Shown in pieces: positions 31,089 through 32,000 of a stretch of 32,000 nt of DNA (within the stretch, counting starts at the first letter, position 1; every line of letters begins with the position of its first letter). This DNA comes from Candidatus Methylomirabilis oxygeniifera (GTDB lineage: Bacteria > Methylomirabilota > Methylomirabilia > Methylomirabilales > Methylomirabilaceae). The stretch covers positions 2,400,001 through 2,432,000 of the forward strand of contig FP565575.1 in NCBI GenBank assembly GCA_000091165.1, read 5' to 3'. Both the position numbers and the translations under genes were made by a program. Under the pieces are notes generated by a model. That model did no database searches, had not been told where the DNA came from, and saw only the letters and a list, made by a program, of their open reading frames with translations.

Positions 31089-32000
31089 ATGGCGCTCAGT
31101 GAAGCGGTGACGCTGAATTTACTGCTCCTGACGCTCGGGGGCTTTGGCGTCGGCGCGGCAGGGGCGGTGCTGGCAGCGCGCCACCCGCGCGTCTCGCGAT
31201 TAGCGGGGCACGCGTGCGCGCTTATCGGCGCCGTGGGCGCCCTGGCGCTCGGCGCGGCAGGCCTGGCAGGCAGTACACTGGACGTGATGGTCCCAGCGCT
31301 CCTCCCTGTTGGCGGACTCTCTCTCGGCATGGATCGCCTTAGCGCGTTCTTTGTCCTGGTAATCGCGGTCGCAGCGATCCCATCTACAGTCTATGCCATC
31401 ACCTATACCCGCGCCTATGAAGGAAAATCGTCACTGGCGGGGATGGGGCTCGGGTTCAACGCCTTCCTCGCCGGGATGGTGCTCGTCGTGTTGGCCCGCA
31501 ACGTACTGACGTTCCTGGTCATGTGGGAGGCGATGTCGCTGGCGTCGTATTTCCTCGTAATGACAGAGGCTGAGCATAGGGACACGCAGGATGCGGGCTG
31601 GCTCTATCTGGTGACAACGCATGCAGGCTTCGCGTGTCTGCTGATCGGCTTTCTCGTTATGGCGCATGGGACCGATACGATGAACCTGAGTGAATGGCGC
31701 GCCGCATCAGCGACATTAAGCGGCCCAATGCGCCATGCGGTCTTCGTCCTGCTGGCGCTCGGCTTTGGGGCAAAGGCAGGCGTGGTGCCCTTGCATATCT
31801 GGCTCCCTAAGGCCCATCCGGCAGCGCCCAGTCACGTCTCTGCCATGATGTCAGGGGTGATGATCAAACTTGGTATCTACGGGCTTATTCGGATCGGGTT
31901 CGATTGGCTCGGGGTCGGCGCATCCTGGTGGGGCGGTGCAATACTGGTCGTCGCGGCGGTGAGCGCGGTACTCGGCGTCCTGTATGCGTTGGTAGAGTCC
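31089..32000 (+). CDS. HyfB/NuoL-like proton-antiporter-type membrane subunit, N-terminal 304 codons; the 3' end runs off the window
   Basis: Absent from the ORF track because it has no stop. Hand translation gives MALSEAVTLNLLLLTLGGFGVG...GMDRLSAFFVLVIAV...LVMWEAMSLASYFLV...GAKAGVVPLHIWLPKAHPAAPSHVSAMMSGVMIKLGIYGLIR. WLPxAHxxAPSxVSAxxSG is the Mrp/NuoL-family signature. AAGGA lies upstream. A GTG at 31083 is an alternative start. Confidence 0.85.
   Translation, partial: MALSEAVTLNLLLLTLGGFGVGAAGAVLAARHPRVSRLAGHACALIGAVGALALGAAGLAGSTLDVMVPALLPVGGLSLGMDRLSAFFVLVIAVAAIPSTVYAITYTRAYEGKSSLAGMGLGFNAFLAGMVLVVLARNVLTFLVMWEAMSLASYFLVMTEAEHRDTQDAGWLYLVTTHAGFACLLIGFLVMAHGTDTMNLSEWRAASATLSGPMRHAVFVLLALGFGAKAGVVPLHIWLPKAHPAAPSHVSAMMSGVMIKLGIYGLIRIGFDWLGVGASWWGGAILVVAAVSAVLGVLYALVES

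Noticed and set aside
1-32000. Looked across the window for CRISPR arrays, IS/transposase or integrase genes, rRNA, toxin-antitoxin pairs and known defence-system signatures.
   Set aside because: I found no regularly spaced repeats, no transposase or integrase motifs and no recognisable defence or toxin-antitoxin proteins. The only repeats seen are the short elements reported above.

Overview
GC-rich bacterial chromosomal segment, densely coding on both strands. I call about 32 protein genes and one tRNA-Leu(CAA). I saw no rRNA, CRISPR array, transposase, integrase, phage or recognisable defence genes.

Layout, left to right:
- 1-3322 (-): an operon of sensor kinase, NtrC-type activator and a truncated permease.
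- 3461-8646 (+): a tungsten-type aldehyde:ferredoxin oxidoreductase (AOR) cluster. It comprises a 4x[4Fe-4S] subunit, the AOR catalytic subunit, a beta-grasp protein, a MOSC protein, an FAD/NAD(P) oxidoreductase and a second beta-grasp protein.
- 8608-9045 (-): a convergent NUDIX hydrolase.
- 9547-11492 (-): a nucleoside hydrolase + ribokinase operon.
- 11699-13134 (+): a MepK/YcbK-like peptidase + L,D-transpeptidase pair.
- 13246-18200: a nucleobase-type permease, citrate synthase, a cytidylate-kinase-like fusion protein, hpt and tRNA-Leu.
- 18655-21350 (+): an ABC-F ATPase and a zinc-ribbon membrane protein.
- 21377-26830 (-): an OmpR-type two-component system next to three secreted-protein genes (poly-Asp acidic protein, DUF5818-like protein, beta-propeller protein).
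- 27129-29787: DUF72, queG and a SAM methyltransferase.
- 29933-32000 (+): an ArsR regulator followed by the start of a group-4 hydrogenase / complex-I-like cluster that runs off the window.

Most of this is housekeeping. The parts I think deserve a second look are:
- A bipartite, helically phased repeat element found upstream of both secreted-protein transcription units next to the OmpR-type system.
- The atypical accessory genes of the AOR cluster: a MOSC protein, one beta-grasp protein without a C-terminal GG, and one with GG plus a 12-residue tail.
- A structured, inverted-repeat-flanked 150-bp element inserted between two hydrogenase genes.
- A 21/25-nt promoter-region motif shared by the aor and arsR/hydrogenase loci.
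- A recurrent leaderless-mRNA architecture.
- A kinase-like / nuclease-like fusion protein.

All family calls come from motif recognition by eye. No database search was run.
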